From: Psammoneis japonica
Lineage: Eukaryota
Assembly: GCA_008632985.1 (NCBI GenBank)
Contig: QPGO01000112.1
Coordinates: 186,001-250,000 of the forward strand
Length of the DNA: 64,000 nt
Direction of reading: 5' to 3'
Of this stretch, positions 1 through 13,574 are shown one piece after another (position 1 is the first letter of the stretch; each line of letters starts with the position of its first letter). The notes below the pieces were generated by a model. The model was not told the origin of the DNA and searched no databases. It saw only the letters and a list, made by a program, of their open reading frames with translations. The position numbers and the translations under genes are program-made.

Positions 1-3000
1 GGTTTCAGAGGCACTGTGCAATGGCAAAGGTCAACACAGGCTCACAACCTGTTAGAGACTCCAATGTGTTGCAGGAGCGACCTCTTCCACTGACACAACT
101 TGCTTTTTTTGCAGAAATCCAAGATTGCCAGCACCCTCATTTGCTGTGCATGCCTTTGGGCTTCACAATTTTCTGAAAATCTGACTCTGAAATGTCTGTG
201 GAAATTGAGGTCATGCAGCTGCAGAAGTGCGTGGCAAAAAAGTCATGCTGGCTTCCACTGTGGAAAGCCAGTGCAGAAATCACAGCAGGTTTTCTGCTGG
301 CAGGCAGAAAGCTTGGCCCAGGAGTCATGATCCAGCACCAGCACCCAATGGAAAACTGCAAAAAATGCAAAATCATGCTGGGTTGATGACAAAAGGTGGT
401 GTTTTCCAGATTTTGGGGATCTTGCCCAGCACTGAGTCTCAGCAGCACAGAGTTGTCATGGAGCTGTGCACAGGCATGAGTGGAGCAATTTTCAATGCCT
501 GGGTGTGATTCCTGATTGCCACCTGAGGTGCACAGACACACTGCAGCACTGTGGCATGCCAGGTGCGATGGCAAGCTCAAACAGTGGCTGACAATGCACA
601 TCACTCTCAAATGCAATGAGGGGTGACCTGTCTTAGCTGTGAAAAGTGACAATGCCATGGGGCCAAGTGTGCAATGTGCAACAAGGAAAAAAACATTTGC
701 AACAAACCTCAACTTTTTTTTCACCCACTCAGCTGCCACACCCAAACAAAATTTTCAACCATCACAGAAAATGCCAAGTCAAATGATGAAATTTCTTTGT
801 TCAAACACATGGTGGTGTGATCTTTTTCAGCCACAAAAAAGTCAAAAACAAGTGCTGCTCCAATTGTTTCTTGTCCCCTCCAGCCCACAAAACACAAAAA
901 GTTGAGCTGATCTTCATGGATTCCAAATGAAAGCACCTGGCATTCTGTCAGAAACTCTGGCCCTTTGCCCAGCCCTTGCCCTTGGGTTTGGCCTGTGGTG
1001 CACTGGCCCACATTTCACACAGAATTTCTTGGAGTCACCACCACCTCCAGCATGCTCTGCACTTGTTGGGAGCAGCTCCTTGCTGCAAATTGCAAATTCC
1101 AGCTGTGGGTGTGTGGCAGGGTGCTTTCTTGTCACAAAACAGCAGACTTGCAGCAGCTTGATCATTGTCATTTGCACACACATGTGAGGCACTGGAAGGA
1201 CTTGGGTTGCTCAGAGGTTCACTTGACAATCACTGGAGGCTCCTTGTGCAACAGCCTGTCATGCTTCCCAACTCTCCAGTGGCAGCCTGTGCAGTCAATG
1301 AGTGTGCTCAATCTTTTTCTCTTGCAAGCCACAGCAAGGTGTCATGATCAAGACAGTCAACTGCTGACAAGAGAGAGTGAAGCACAGAGGTGGTGTGGTT
1401 CAGGCAACAAGGGAAGTGAAATGCCTTGTGCCTGCTTGTGCACACTTTCATGTGTGTGTGCCACACACAAGGGTTCCTTGTTTTCAGCACAATTGTCACA
1501 CAAAGGCTTGCTGCTGTCTGACTCATGCCAACTTTGTGCGCAGGCCTGTGTGCTGCTGTCATCTGTCTTCTGAGCTGTGCCTCCTTTTTTTTGATGAAGT
1601 GGCAATGTGTTCAGCAAGTTGTGGTGCTTTTGCTGTCATGGTGGCAAGCCTCCTCTGCTGCTCTGTTGTTGTCATCAGAGCCATGCCAGCATCTGCAACA
1701 AGGAGATGGCGGTGAGTTGTTGTCATCATCAAAGTCACACTGTCTTTTTCTTCTCTTGAGTTGCTGAGTCATGGATGTCCACTGCCTCCCATTTTCCTGG
1801 CACTTCTTCTTTGGCATTTCTTTGTGGCCCATGGCAACAACGACCAGCTCTTTTCTTTCAAATCAGCATGGTGTCTTGTGTGCCTGGGAGGAAGCTCATT
1901 GCACCCACCATCATGCATGACTTGTGGATGAACCAAGTGCACTCAACTTTTTTGTTGTGTTGTTGCTTTTCCTTTTTTCCATTTCTTCTTTTGTCTTTAG
2001 CCGCTTTGCCATCTGCAGACTTGTGTGTGCTTGGACAAGCAGCCCAACTTGGAAGACAACACAGCAAGGCCATGCCACTCTTTTGCCTTTTTGCTGCTTT
2101 TGCCCAAAAAAAATGATTGCTGGGCATGAAACAGCCAGGAGCTCCACCTGATCCAGCTGAGTTGCTGGATTTCTGAGTCCAGCCCTTTGCACACCTGGGT
2201 GCTCAAACATGCCACAGAGCTGGTGCTCTGCAGCTGGGCAAAATCTGCTTGACCACACAAATGTCCAGGTGGTCAAAAACATGCCAGGCTTGCAATGCAT
2301 GGCCTCTGCACACCCAAGAAACAATGCATTCTCAATGACAATGAGCCCCTGTTTTGCAAACTGGATGTGACTGCACATGCCTTGTTTTTAGGACTCTAAA
2401 AAAAACCTTTTCTGCTGCGGGCCTGTTCCAGCCCCAGGTGATGAGAAATCCATCATGAAAGAGGCCAATTTTTTGTGCAGTTTGGCACATTGAACTCCTT
2501 CAAATTTGATCGTTTGCTCAAACATCGAAAGGTGAGAGCACACAAAAAAACATGAGTTTTGTGTGCACTCACCCTTCGATTTGGAAAAAACCTGATTTTG
2601 AAGCAGTTTGTTGTGCCAAATGCAAAAATGGTCAGAGAATGCTTGGCACTCTCCACACTTGATTTCAAAGCAGGGAAATCTCCATCTGGAGCTCTGTTCT
2701 GGGTGGGACTGGGATTGCACTCACCATCTCATGTTTCTCCTGTCAGAAATTGATTTTGTGGGGCAGAAAATGTGCAGTGCGCAGAAGAGCAAAGCTCCCG
2801 AGGGGGGGGGGGGGGGGCAACAAAACACAGCCAAGAACTCTGGAAATGGTGGTGTGGTCTCATGATCTCCAACACTTGGCATTTTTGTGATGGTGCTGCT
2901 CAAGTGCAAATGCATTTCAGCAGCAAGCCAGAGAAATGAGCAACATCAGTGTCAATCAATTGACATTGCTGGTTTTGGCCAGGAGGGCCGGCACCGGCAG

Positions 3001-3200
3001 TGGCTGCGGGGATTGGCACGCTGCTTCAACCTGAGATGCTGTGCGGCGCAATTTAAAAACTCAGTCAGCAAAACAAGAGTGTGGCCAATCCCTTCATTCT
3101 CTCTCTTTGTGACTTTCAAAGTGCTTTTTTATGGCAGCTGTTCCACCATGGAGACTGGCGAAACAAGATGATGCGCTGATGTTTTGATTGCCATCATCCA
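1..3200. repeat. Degenerate repeat-like DNA depleted of both TpA and CpG; family not identifiable
   Basis: Only about 5 TA dinucleotides seen by eye in the first 3 kb, all in TTAG/CTAA context. CpG is also very rare. ORFs are Cys/His/Gln-rich with no recognisable domain. Confidence 0.6.
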
Positions 3201-5554
3201 TTGGATTTATTCCCAACGCGCAAAATGCCATGCGCAAAGCCAGAACTTCAACTTGAAAGACACCGCGAAACGCGCAAACTGCGGCTGTTCCCTCCTATCC
3301 GATCTCCGATGGCACGCGCCGATGGCTGGTGCGTGGTGCGCCGTGACAGGAACCGAGCGTGTTTGTGGACGACGACACAACATGCGAAAGAGGAGGATGG
3401 CTGAAAAATGGCCATTTGAAAACTTTGCATCCGTTGAGCCAACACCTTCATGACACTCGCAAAACCTGATCCTAACAATCGTGAAATGAGTCGTGCTTCG
3501 GAATTCGTGTAGAATCTACGCATTCCCTGGTATGTAGCTGAGCGTGATGGCTTGAAGCTGAGCGTGGCGGCTGCGATCGGAACATCACTCACTGCTCACA
3601 ATCCATCGAAACAGAGGATTGTCAGGGTTGTTTTTGGGGTAAGAACGAAGGCCGCGGTTTGTATTGTATGCTTTCTCAACCATGGACTTTTCTATAGCCA
3701 AGCCAGACAACGCCTTCGTGATGCCTGCCACCGCCATGATCGCCGTCGACTCGGAGCAGTAGTGTTCTCAGTCTCCTGTCGTGGAGGAACTGTAATGTCG
3801 TGTTTGGACTCTGTCTGGTGTTTGTTCAGAGTCCATATTCGCCGCACAGATTCTCCAAGACATGAGATTGAGGGTTTCGTGTCGACGGTTTGATACCCCG
3901 ATTGTGGAGCGCCACATGCCGTCCGTCTGATTGACTGTTTTCATTCGTAGGTTGAGGAGGAGTGTATCAGTGTCCATGATGCTGTTCTTTCCTTCAATAT
4001 CTATGATTGGAACTTTCATGATGATGGATAATTGTGGTGATTGGTAGGGTTACGCTGGATTCTGCTTGGGTGTAGTTGAGTTCATTGTCGTTATTGCGTA
4101 TGATATGCCGGGTTCTTCCTCCAGTACAAAACGATCCTTGGTGACGAGAGCGTTCTGAGACATGAAAAAAAGGAAGCAAGCACTAGAACCGGGACTCTGT
4201 CAATGTTACTGTGGAAATGCCTTCCCGCAGGACAGGGGGTGATCGGCTAGTGACTTTGTTATCCACCAAAGTCTATACCGTGTGGTATTATTGAGCATTG
4301 AAAAAAAGAAAAGAGGCCAAACTAAGAATAAGGAGTGAATAGCATCTGAGGTGAGAAAGGGTATAAGTCCCTGCTAAGTGGTGTAAAAGGCGAGCTTAGT
4401 AGTACGGCATCCCCCTCCTCGGGCACAGCTGCCCTGGCTCAGGCCCACAGAACGAGAAAAAAAATACTCTCCACCAAAACCCCGGGGCAAAAGACCCCTA
4501 CTCAACAATCTTCCAGTTCAAGGCTTTTTAATGTATGAGCTTCTATGGTGGACCGCGGATGGGACTTTGAGGCACGTGACGACGTCATCCGACAGCGATT
4601 TTGAGGGTAGTTGATGGGAGCGAAAGAGAGGACGAATACTGGAAAGAAGACCGCGATGAAAGCGCCTGTAAACAAGAGAGTCCGTCGAACGAGTCATTGA
4701 TAGCATATCCTCCTGCAAATGCATTTATCAAGTTGTTGGATTCAGGTTCAGGCTGCTCTTGGTTCTGTCCCGATGTGTTCCGACGACAGTCCGAGCGAAA
4801 GTAGAAAGTGCTATGAATGAAAAGGTGACACAGCCTCAGGTAATGAAGGAATGCGCTCGCTTGTGGCTTGAACAAACGATCTTGCAATAGTTGAACGCGA
4901 GCTTAAAAGCTATGGTTGTCCGTGGCGAATGCCGGACAAAGCCTGTGGATCAGGACGTCCTGATAAATTTTCACATCATTGCAAAATAGGTAAGCATTAG
5001 AAAAATCCATCACTCTAGACTATGATATTCTTATTAGCGAATGATATAATCTAGTCTACCGCAGACATCTGTCGCATCACAGTGCATTAGAGTCTCTCTA
5101 TATATTTCTTTATTGTAGCTTCAACTTGCGTGGTCGAAAGCAGATTCCATATAACGAGGCCACGCTGATGGTTCGACGAACATTGACAAGTATATTGAAG
5201 ATAGACAGGACGAGCCCCTTTGTACAAGTCCTGGGGTTGGGAGCATGGCAGTTTTATTTTCTTCCTTGCAGATGCTATTCGTGATGCTGTCGCCAATGTT
5301 CTATATCCATTTGTGGACACCAATCCCTCCATTCAACGTCTTCTTCTGCTGCAAAGAGTTTATATGTCGTGATTCGTTTGGATTGCCGTCCCGGCGACAG
5401 TTGCGAGTGGTGATGGCGTCGGTTATGGGATGGACCACCTTTGTCGGTGTAACGGATACTTGTTGGGGATTGTGTTGCCACACGCCCTGGACCAGCTTGC
5501 AAAGGTCGCCTATATGTTGGATACGATTATACAATAGTACAGTCCATGCTTCTA

Positions 5555-6418
5555 CTATTTCGGGGACAACGCCATTGTGTTCTCTAGCCATTCGCTTCTG
5601 ACGAGGCTCTTGCTAGAGCCACGCGGCCAATCCTTTACGCACTCTTCAGCTACGACCCGTGGACTAGACTCAGGAGAGCTGCTACTCGTTTCTGGGTTAT
5701 AGATCAAGTCGTCCGTACAGGAGTTTAGCAATTTCTGTGCAAGACACTGCTTTCGATACAGTTCGGTTGCCAACGCATTCAGGACCTGACCCAAGGTTGA
5801 TACACGCTCATCCATTTGAACCAGCGGTAGTATGGTTGGCTCTTCTTGAGTTATCAATGACATATCAATCTTTTCCATGTTGCCCATATGAAAAGTCAAG
5901 AGCTGCTCAAACCGTCGTCCAAGCGCTGCCTGTCCTTGCGATAAGGAGGCCATGAGGCTTTTCAGCTTGCTCATCATGGATTCATGCTTTATCAAATCAT
6001 GACTGAGCGCCATGTTAACGTCGTCGTGGGTCAACACTGGCGTTCTCGAGTGCTTGAATCCATAGCATTTCCAATCTTGTCTTTCGTGATTAACTGCCAC
6101 ATGGCGACTCTCGAGATAAATTCGATGACGCAAGTTGGATATCGATTCGCAGACTTGCAACATGATGTCGTCTACCTGTATCCATTCCTGCTGCATGGTC
6201 AGTTGAAAAGACTTGATATGTCGCCAATAATCCTTGTTTAGCGAAGCAGGGATTCTTTGATTGGAAGGTGTTGGTATTGGCCCTGTATGAATGCCGGAGT
6301 TACTAGGCACAGGAGAGCTGAGAGCTGAAGAGTTTGGTTTCTTTTTTCCCCCCGTCATCATGAATTGCTGATACGCCAGATGCATACTGTCCTTGTCCGT
6401 ATTGCTATCATTACTCAT
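5555..6418 (-). CDS. Hypothetical protein of ~287 aa, probably helical/coiled-coil
   Basis: Long ORF with ordinary amino-acid composition; first ATG at 6418 (MSNDSNTDKD). No family recognised. Confidence 0.65.
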   Translation of the reverse strand: MSNDSNTDKDSMHLAYQQFMMTGGKKKPNSSALSSPVPSNSGIHTGPIPTPSNQRIPASLNKDYWRHIKSFQLTMQQEWIQVDDIMLQVCESISNLRHRIYLESRHVAVNHERQDWKCYGFKHSRTPVLTHDDVNMALSHDLIKHESMMSKLKSLMASLSQGQAALGRRFEQLLTFHMGNMEKIDMSLITQEEPTILPLVQMDERVSTLGQVLNALATELYRKQCLAQKLLNSCTDDLIYNPETSSSSPESSPRVVAEECVKDWPRGSSKSLVRSEWLENTMALSPK

Positions 6419-6442
6419 CTTGATATCAAGTATGCTCAATTT

Positions 6443-6784
6443 CTAATTGCTACTGTTATTGTCGCTGCTGCTGTCGCTCTTCTTGTAATAATCACGTTGC
6501 AGCTTTTCTTTAGAGGCGACAATCGCTTCAGGTTTCTCGTGAGAAAACAAATCGTGTCCTCGCTTCTCACTCTTTCCGTACACTGGAATGGCGCAAAGGC
6601 CAAGAAATATACTAGACGCCACAAACACTTGTGTGCGAGGTCCTCCAGGAATCTTCTTGACTGCGCAGAAAGTGGATGGATGAGAGAAGAGCAAATAGAA
6701 GATCGTGAGACGGACGAAAGAAGATAGAGCAACGACTCGTAATCTTTTGAAGCCAAACAACTTACTCAATGCTTCAAGCCCCAT
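6443..6784 (-). CDS. Small (~78 aa) spliced protein with one hydrophobic segment; intron 6661-6765
   Basis: Exon 1 ATGGGGCTTGAAGCATTGA|gtaag ... ttctgcgcag|TCAAGAAG gives MGLEALIKKIPGGPRTQVFVASSIFLGLCAIPVYGKSEKRGHDLFSHEKPEAI...; canonical splice sites around a 105-nt intron. Confidence 0.65.
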   Translation of the reverse strand: MGLEALSKLFGFKRLRVVALSSFVRLTIFYLLFSHPSTFCAVKKIPGGPRTQVFVASSIFLGLCAIPVYGKSEKRGHDLFSHEKPEAIVASKEKLQRDYYKKSDSSSDNNSSN

Positions 6785-7168
6785 ATGTGTCGATTGCGTT
6801 TGTGTCGATTGCGTTTGTTCGTTGCTGCTGTAGGTTATATTACTTCTAGAGCTGGTAGGAGCGGCAACGTTCTGTATGATTCGTCATGGTGAACTTTCCT
6901 CTGCGGCCGCGCCGCGCTTGCGCACTGACTCAGAATACCGCGCGCACGACGGAAAGAAGGGATTCACGAGGTCCGAGGTACGCAATCTTTATTCTCACAA
7001 CACTCAGAACCTGTTTTCGGCCCATTCAGATTTTTGCTCACATTTTGCGAAGCGATGCGACGCAAAAAAATCAAACCTAATATCATACTCTAGCTAGAGC
7101 ATCGCATCTACTCTATCATCCTTATCGCAGTCATCAACAACACTGTAGAATAGGAAGAAGCAGTCAAC

Positions 7169-10100
7169 ATGACGTCGTTGTCTCAACACGATGAGGAGGA
7201 TGCTATTTTCTTGAATGAAATGTCGACTCAGGGAGAACAGTTGGAAGAGCTGCACAAGAATCATTTGTTACGAATGGAAACAACAGAACTCCTGAGTGAA
7301 ATCTCGATTGCACCGTCGAGTTCCTGGTGGACGCGAACCAAAGAGTACGTTGCAACCATTCAAACAGTTTTGCAGCAGACACCGTCTCTCCGTGTCAATG
7401 TCAGTGAGTACTTTTCCAAGACGAAATGCCCAATCAAGCCTCTGTCGTCCACGAAAAAGCCCGTCGAACTCGAGTTGACTTCGTTTCAAGATGCAATGGT
7501 GATGGAATCCATGGGATCACAGGGCAATCACGGAATGGGACTCGTCAAGACCAGTGGTAATGCAAACATGCTTCCTACTTTGGATTTTCTAGTACGAATC
7601 CCGACTGACATTTTCAAAAGCAAAGACTACCTGGGATACGCGTACCTGGACAAGATCAATATCATTTTCTGGCACGTTTACACGCATTTGCATAAGCAGT
7701 CGCAAACCAAAAAAGGAAAGAACGTGGGGAAAGTGGAGTGGAGATTGTCGAGTGATGGTTGTAAGGCTCATCTTCTACTCACTCCTCCGGCTATAAACGT
7801 GAAGAACAGCAAGAAGAAACAAAAGACTGGAACGAAACAAAAGAACAAGTCGCTAAAGGTTTGCATTCAAATATTTTTCGGAATTGACAGTTTGGACTGG
7901 GTTCCTGCCCCTCGGCTATTTCCAAATCGGTGCAATCTGAAGCTCTCTAAAGAAAAGGAGGAATCCGATGTGGCAGTGTCGCCCATGTACAATTTCAGGT
8001 TGGCTGAGTGCTGCATGACGACCTCACAAGTAGTCCAAGAGCAGGAACATTTCCATGAGGATGATGCGCTACCACCAAACGTTCGTGACGCTGTTAATCT
8101 ACTCAAGGTTTGGTGTTTGCAACGCGGATTATTGAGAGGACACGACTCCTTTACTGCTTCGCATATTGTGATTCTTCTGCTCTATCTTTACAGGACGAAG
8201 CGAATAGGACCACGCATGGCATGCATGGACGTATTTGTTGTGACGCTACAATTCCTGATTGAAACGAATCTTGTTCTGGATTCGGACGATTCTCGAAAGC
8301 GCGTTGCACTCGTCATGCCCGCGATTCAGACGGACGAAGGCGCATCTAGAAAGTACAAATCGGAAGCCGCAACGATTTCGACATGTGAACAGGCCAAGCT
8401 TTATCAATCCCACACACATGCTAGCCCACTGACAAAAAATGATCCACCGACCTTGCAGGACTGCTTCCTAAAGTATACGCAGGGTCCAGTCTTCTTGGAT
8501 TCCAGTATGCGTATCAATTACTGGGCGAGACTGTCGCCGTCCTTTATGCATCAATTCGGAAGAGATGCAAAACTCGCTTTGGATTTCTTGCATGAATCGT
8601 CCACTATCACGAGGCCATTTGTTGGACTCTTTATGGAATCTTCTCGCTTTTGGTCTCGATACGATGCCTTTATCCGTGTGCCACTAAAGGATATTGCTAT
8701 CGGGCATTCAAACCTCTGGGGACATAACGCCCATGATGTTGGAAAATTGGAATGCATCCATCGTGGGCTGTACGATGTTTTGTCCACGGCTTTGGGAGAC
8801 AGGGTACGTTCATTACGCGTTCTGACAACGGGAAACGGAGCAGACAAGAACGATACTGATCAAATTCCAAAGTATTCCTTTGAGAGTCTGCCTGATAACA
8901 AGTTGCGTTCAACGCTTGGGCACGATGAGTTGGTTTTGGGAGTACAAATCAATCCGTCCACTGCTCATCGATTGGTAGACCGTGGTCCTCCGGCCAATGA
9001 CACCGAGGCAACGGCATCTTTTATTGATCTATGGGGTACCAAAAAGGCACAGTTGCGTCGGTTTATGGATGGCGCAATTGTCCATGCAGTGGTGTGGAAT
9101 AATCCCGAGAACGGTGACAGCGATGACGCGTACACTGTTTTTGAAAATGACGATAAAACAATGGGTGGTATCGTGGAGCGCATCGTTCAGCATGTCTTGG
9201 AGTTGCATTTTTTCAAACCTAAAAAGAGCAAGGGACAAAATGTCCAGTTTGCACTTCGCAATGTGCTCTCCCTTGTCGACGGAGTTGCAGGCTCGGATGA
9301 CAAGCTTTTTACTAGCTCCATGGCAGCTCACAAAAATCTTATGAATGCCTATGAGTCTCTCTCGCAGTTCTTAATACAAGCGAGCAGTCCTACATCCGTT
9401 CCAAATCGTGGTGAAACACAAGCACTGAAAAATCGACTGGGGCTACCTTTGTCCATTGACTCGGTCGAACCACTTTGCCCGGCTTTGAGATATACTGAGT
9501 TGTTCCCACCACTACCTCATCCTTTTTTAGGAGGAGAAAGAAATGTCAATATAACAGGACGTTCATCCAAAGTATCTGGAGCATTGATTGGGCCTTTGAT
9601 CAGGATTCAGATTCGATTTGGTCCTTCGTCGAAATGGCCAACCGATTTGCAAGCCATGCGAGCTGCCAAGACGGCAATGCTGGTTCAGCTTGCCAATGGC
9701 ATCGAGCTTCTAACCGAGGAAGGTGTCGACGGCGGAATTTATGTAACTCATGACTACATGGATGTCGGGTACAAGGGCTACTCCTTTCGCATTGTTGTAC
9801 GTGCCGATCCTGAGTTGAAGCTTCTGCGAAGTCTGATCAAGCCAAATCCCAAAGCTGCGAGCCTCTTGAATGTAAGTCCTAATATCATGGAGCATCGTAA
9901 TGCAAAAACCATGGCGTTTCTCACCTCTTTCATTTTGATTTGCATTCGTAGGCACTCGTTCGAGATCATGTGGTGGCTGCGATGCACCATACGACTATTC
10001 TTGCTGTCCATACCTTGAATCCATCGTTTGCCAGTGTTGTCCGTCTTGCCAGGCGCTGGGTGTCCTGCCACATGCTTTCTGACCTTTTACCTTTTGAAGC

Positions 10101-11404
10101 TATTGAGCTGGTAGTGGCCAAGGTATACACCGACCAAGAAACTCCTGATGAGGCGCCTGGGACAGTTTTGGCAGGATTTTTGCGGTTCCTGAAACTATTG
10201 GGGACTTTTGACTGGGCTAGGTGTGTACTTGCTCGTTCCTGACTTCTTTGTTGTTGTTTTTTTCTAACGTTTTATGCATATGGTGCCCTTCAAGAAATCC
10301 GCTCATTGTAGATCCGCAGATGCATTTATCAGATGACGACTGCGCTGCCATTCTGTCACAGTTTGAGTCGTCTCGCGGTCCCACCTACGAGAACGGGCCA
10401 GCGATGTATATTATTTCCCCAAACGACCGACAAGGGGTCGAATCAGAACAAGCAGAAGATCTTACGTCTACGCCACTTAGCAGTAATAATAAGGAGACTC
10501 AGAGTCGTTTATGGTCTCCGACTTTCACCCACGAACAGCCGGAATGGGTGACGCTGTCTCGCGCCGCATCATTGGCGAAGCGATCACATGACTATTTGAT
10601 GAAGCTTGTCATAGAAAATGCCTCCAGTGGTTCCCAAAGTGAGCAAAGTTGGGGAGCCGTATTCAAAGAAACCGCTACAGCAATCAAGTCGTACAATGTT
10701 CTTCTTCGTGTCGATCCCGAATTTGTCGTGGACAATACAAGCTCTTCGTCAGGAGCGAATCTCTCTTTGGTTCGAACGTCAGTTGATAGTCACTCCGCAA
10801 GGTCACTCGAAAGTCCGTTCACTCAAAGCATGCGCAGTCGTCAGTTTGGTCACAAAGTGTTGAAACGACGAATGTACAAAAACCTCAACAACTCTATGAG
10901 TGACTCGGGAATCATGGTAGGTTATTTGTCATGTGTATCGTCTTTACATGCTTCAAGACAATGCTAACCGAATCCTTACTTTTTCAGCATTCATTTAGGC
11001 CGGTTCAATCGATGGTGGAAACATTGAGAGAGAAGTTTGGGACGATGGCTCTGTTCTTCTACAACGACCTGGCTCCGGATATCGTTGCGATATTATGGCG
11101 ACCTACCACGTTTGTACCGCAACCTCTCAGCATCATGCGCTCTGCCTACAAGAGGCCTGTTGATGCCGGTGGATGGAGCTCGGACACGTTAGTCGTCAAC
11201 TGCGCCAGCGACCTTTTAAGAGAAATTATGCAATTTGGGGCGGACATTGTTGTCGGTGTCAAGGCTTTGGATAGCGAGGTGGATTCACCCACCATAAGGT
11301 CTCCGCCGAAGAAAGGACACAATCAGAAAAAGGGAAGACGCCGGAAAGGACCGGGGCACTCAGTGATGGCGAGTCTGAGTAACTTTGTCAGTCCTTTTTT
11401 CTAA
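7169..11404 (+). CDS. NOL6: Nrap/Utp22 (NOL6) family nucleolar protein, U3 snoRNA-associated; introns ~9872-9951, 10221-10294, 10917-10987
   Basis: Nrap-type motifs LLKVWCLQRG, VDRGPPA...FIDLWG.KKAQLRRFMDGAIVHAVVW, SSKWPTDL.A....KTA, GFLRFL.LL..FDW..NPLIVD and ALFFYN. GT-AG introns join the four ORF segments in frame. Confidence 0.9.
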
Positions 11405-11680
11405 TAATTGGCGTTGGATTGCACCGTGTTCTATGTCGTTAGACGATAGCGAGTCTAAGTACAATAGTTTCAAGTCTCTTACGGTTTAACGCAGCTTTTG
11501 AAAGAGGGTTGAGGGATTCAGAGTCTGCATAGCTTGAAGCAGCTGTTGCTTTGGAATACTAAAAGATGGCGGCGATCAGTGAGAGCGCTTACGAGTAGCT
11601 GAAAGTCCCTAATGCTAGCTTCAGAAGTAATTTATATCAAACCCTAACGATGTCTGTTGATGAACGACCACCAGATCGAT

Positions 11681-12877
11681 TCATGGGGAATGAAGCAGAT
11701 GCTTCCAACCAATGTCGTCTTCCGGAAGCAAATCAAGATCGTCCAACCGGAAAGGCTTCCCCAGCATATTGAATAGCTCCTGCAGCTTGGTGGGGTCGTC
11801 AGGCAGAGTAGTTGGTATGGTAGGCTCCTCGAGTTCTGGCGGAGGTCTTCGTATTTCCTTTGCAGGTCGTCGGACTTCCTGCGGAAGACTCTCATTCTCT
11901 TCGTCATCCGACAAGCATCCAATGTCTTCCAGCAAGAGACTCGCACTTTCAAGTGAAGCATAAAGGTCGTTCTCCTCCATAGAAGACGACGCCTCGCTTG
12001 GTGAATCTTGAGGTAGCATACTGTGAAGATCCACTAGATCCGTATATGACATCTTCCTCAAGAACGATGAGTCTTCTTCTATGTCGATATCTGAACCAAG
12101 AGAGAATGATGGAGAGAGGGGGGCTTTATTTTCTAATACGTTGAACCGCCGCTTAGCCCGACGCTTAGGAGTTGATGTTTCATCCTTTGCGCTTTCTCTA
12201 GGGCTCCTTTCCATATATGGTTCAGAATAGAAGTCAGGATCTAGGTCTGGATCGGCCTTGATTCGAAAGCGGTTGCCTTTTTGTCGCACAATGGCTATTC
12301 TTTCGCATAATTCGTACCGCCCTCGAAGAAAGTTTGGGTGATAGTACGCTCCCTTGTCTTTGCCCGAAGAAATTCTAGTGAACTGGAAAACGAAGAAAGC
12401 ACAACAATGAATAAGAATGATCAGTAGGCTTACGGGTAGAGAAAATTGAATCGCGCACTCACGACTCACCCCATAAAGATTGAGCTGTCTCTGTAGCGAC
12501 GGCCAAAACAGCAAGGAACAGAAAGTTCAGAAAGGAACTACATTGCTTTGTTTCTTTTCCTCGAGAAAAGACAATCCCACACTTACCTGAAACGATGGCC
12601 ACTTTGTTTGCCGGAACATTGTTTGCATAATCTCTAGAACGAATCGCTTAGGGTTGTGCACTCGAAACGCTCTGCCATGGGGCTGCCACGAAACGATACT
12701 ATCCTGACCACTTTCCTCAACAACATCAAGCATTTGATGAAGCACCTGAGGAAAGGACCGTTTCCTTGAGGCTAGGCTCCTGCCGTTGTTGCCGACTTTG
12801 CACCTAGGCTGCGAAAAAGATTCCAACTGTGTGGTATTCGCAATGATTGCCGCCTTTGGAAGAGCCATGGTGTTCAT
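11681..12877 (-). CDS. Heat-shock-factor (HSF) DNA-binding-domain transcription factor; exons 12877-12587, 12490-12470 (21-nt microexon), 12382-11681
   Basis: FPQVLHQML...IVSWQPHGRAFRVH...FRQTKWPSFQ|RQLNLYG|FTRISSGKDKGAYYHPNFLRG is the HSF DNA-binding domain. Splice sites are gtaagt/ctacag and gtgagt/ttccag. Confidence 0.9.
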
Positions 12878-13574
12878 TTTTGTTCTCCGAAGGGCTTAAT
12901 CGACAATGAGCAAAGATAGTAACGTTTTTGCTGAGTGGAAACGATTGTGATGAATCTTAATCGACAATGGGGAGCACTATTTACGTTTTTGCTGAGTGGA
13001 AGTGAATGTGGTGGAGTTTAGTTTTGCGATGCAGTGAAGTCAACAGTGAGCTAACAAACTTTGGCATGGGTCACGGGTGACAGTCATTATCTGCGTCTCC
13101 GATTAAAACAGTCATTAATGTGAGATTTTGTTATGGATCCTTCTGATCGAGAGGTCATCGTACGAATTTTACAATTATTAAACGGGTCTTGAAAATTACA
13201 TGTAGAGTCTTTCACAAAATGCAAAAGACGACTGCGCAACTTTTTGACAGATAATACATACTATATGCGCTATTGAATAGACACTCTTTGAAAACAAGAG
13301 ACCCAATAATTATTTCTTATCTGTCCGCGCCCATACCTGCTCCTGGGCATTAATTAACGAATGAGCTAAACAGTCATTCACATTTTGGTTCACTCGATAG
13401 TCGGTTGGATTAGACAAAAAAGGGTCTGCACCTAAGACATCGAGATACATTTCATTTTGTCCATTCTACAATGATTTGTATCAATTATGGACGTGGTAAC
13501 TTAATGACCGAGACGTTTTAATCTCGCGATAAATGTTTCGAGGTGATCCGATCGATCGTCAAAAGACTGCCGCG

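Noticed and set aside
100..3171. Many overlapping 60-200 aa ORFs in all six frames (also across 18.4-64 kb outside the copia frames)
   Set aside because: They are Cys/His/Gln-rich, Tyr-poor and carry no domains; best explained by loss of TAA/TAG stops through TA depletion.
3500..5500. Short ORFs (3768-4019, 4601-4804, 5275-5502) as genes
   Set aside because: No recognisable motif or convincing splice model; left uncalled.
12895..13001. ~60-bp imperfect tandem duplication upstream of the HSF gene
   Set aside because: Two copies only, with no evidence of function; not CRISPR-like.
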